Shown: in pieces, positions 63,951-64,000 of the stretch | Numbering within the stretch: the first letter of the stretch is position 1 | Layout of the letters: every line of letters begins with the position of its first letter | Source of the DNA: Felis catus | Taxonomy: Eukaryota | Direction of reading: 5' to 3' | Assembly (NCBI RefSeq): GCF_018350175.1 | Contig: NC_058368.1 | Coordinates: 32,242,001-32,306,000, forward strand | Length of the DNA: 64,000 bases | The notes under the pieces: generated by a model | What the model was told of the DNA's origin: nothing | The model's database searches: none | Seen by the model: the letters and a program-made list of their open reading frames with translations, nothing else | Position numbers and translations under genes: made by a program

Positions 63951-64000
63951 TATAGGTATGGAAACATCTACATACACACATATATACATAAGGGGGAAAA

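Overview
AT-rich, repeat-dense mammalian DNA from a carnivore, most likely a felid, judged by the many tRNA-derived CanSINEs of SINEC_Fc type and a cat-type L1. No intact protein-coding gene is supported: almost all listed ORFs are L1 or SINE read-throughs, microsatellites or chance ORFs. Main content: a full-length but disabled 7.25 kb L1 with target-site duplications (TSDs; 6898-14149, minus strand), 19 CanSINEs, an ERVL-class LTR-PBS(Ser)-gag relic, several solo LTRs, MER20, old L1 fragments and a tailless U6 retrocopy. Two signals are not explained by ordinary repeats. (1) A ~250 bp, ~95% identical inverted duplication brackets a ~19.6 kb block (20042-20291 and 39864-40122) and may be an inversion-breakpoint scar. 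(2) A ~1.1 kb segment at 60.1-61.2 kb is not CpG-depleted and carries a TATA box, closely spaced splice-like signals and a triple 12-mer motif; it could be foreign DNA or an unmethylated regulatory element. Repeat family names come from recalled consensus features, not a database search, and counts and alignments were done by hand.
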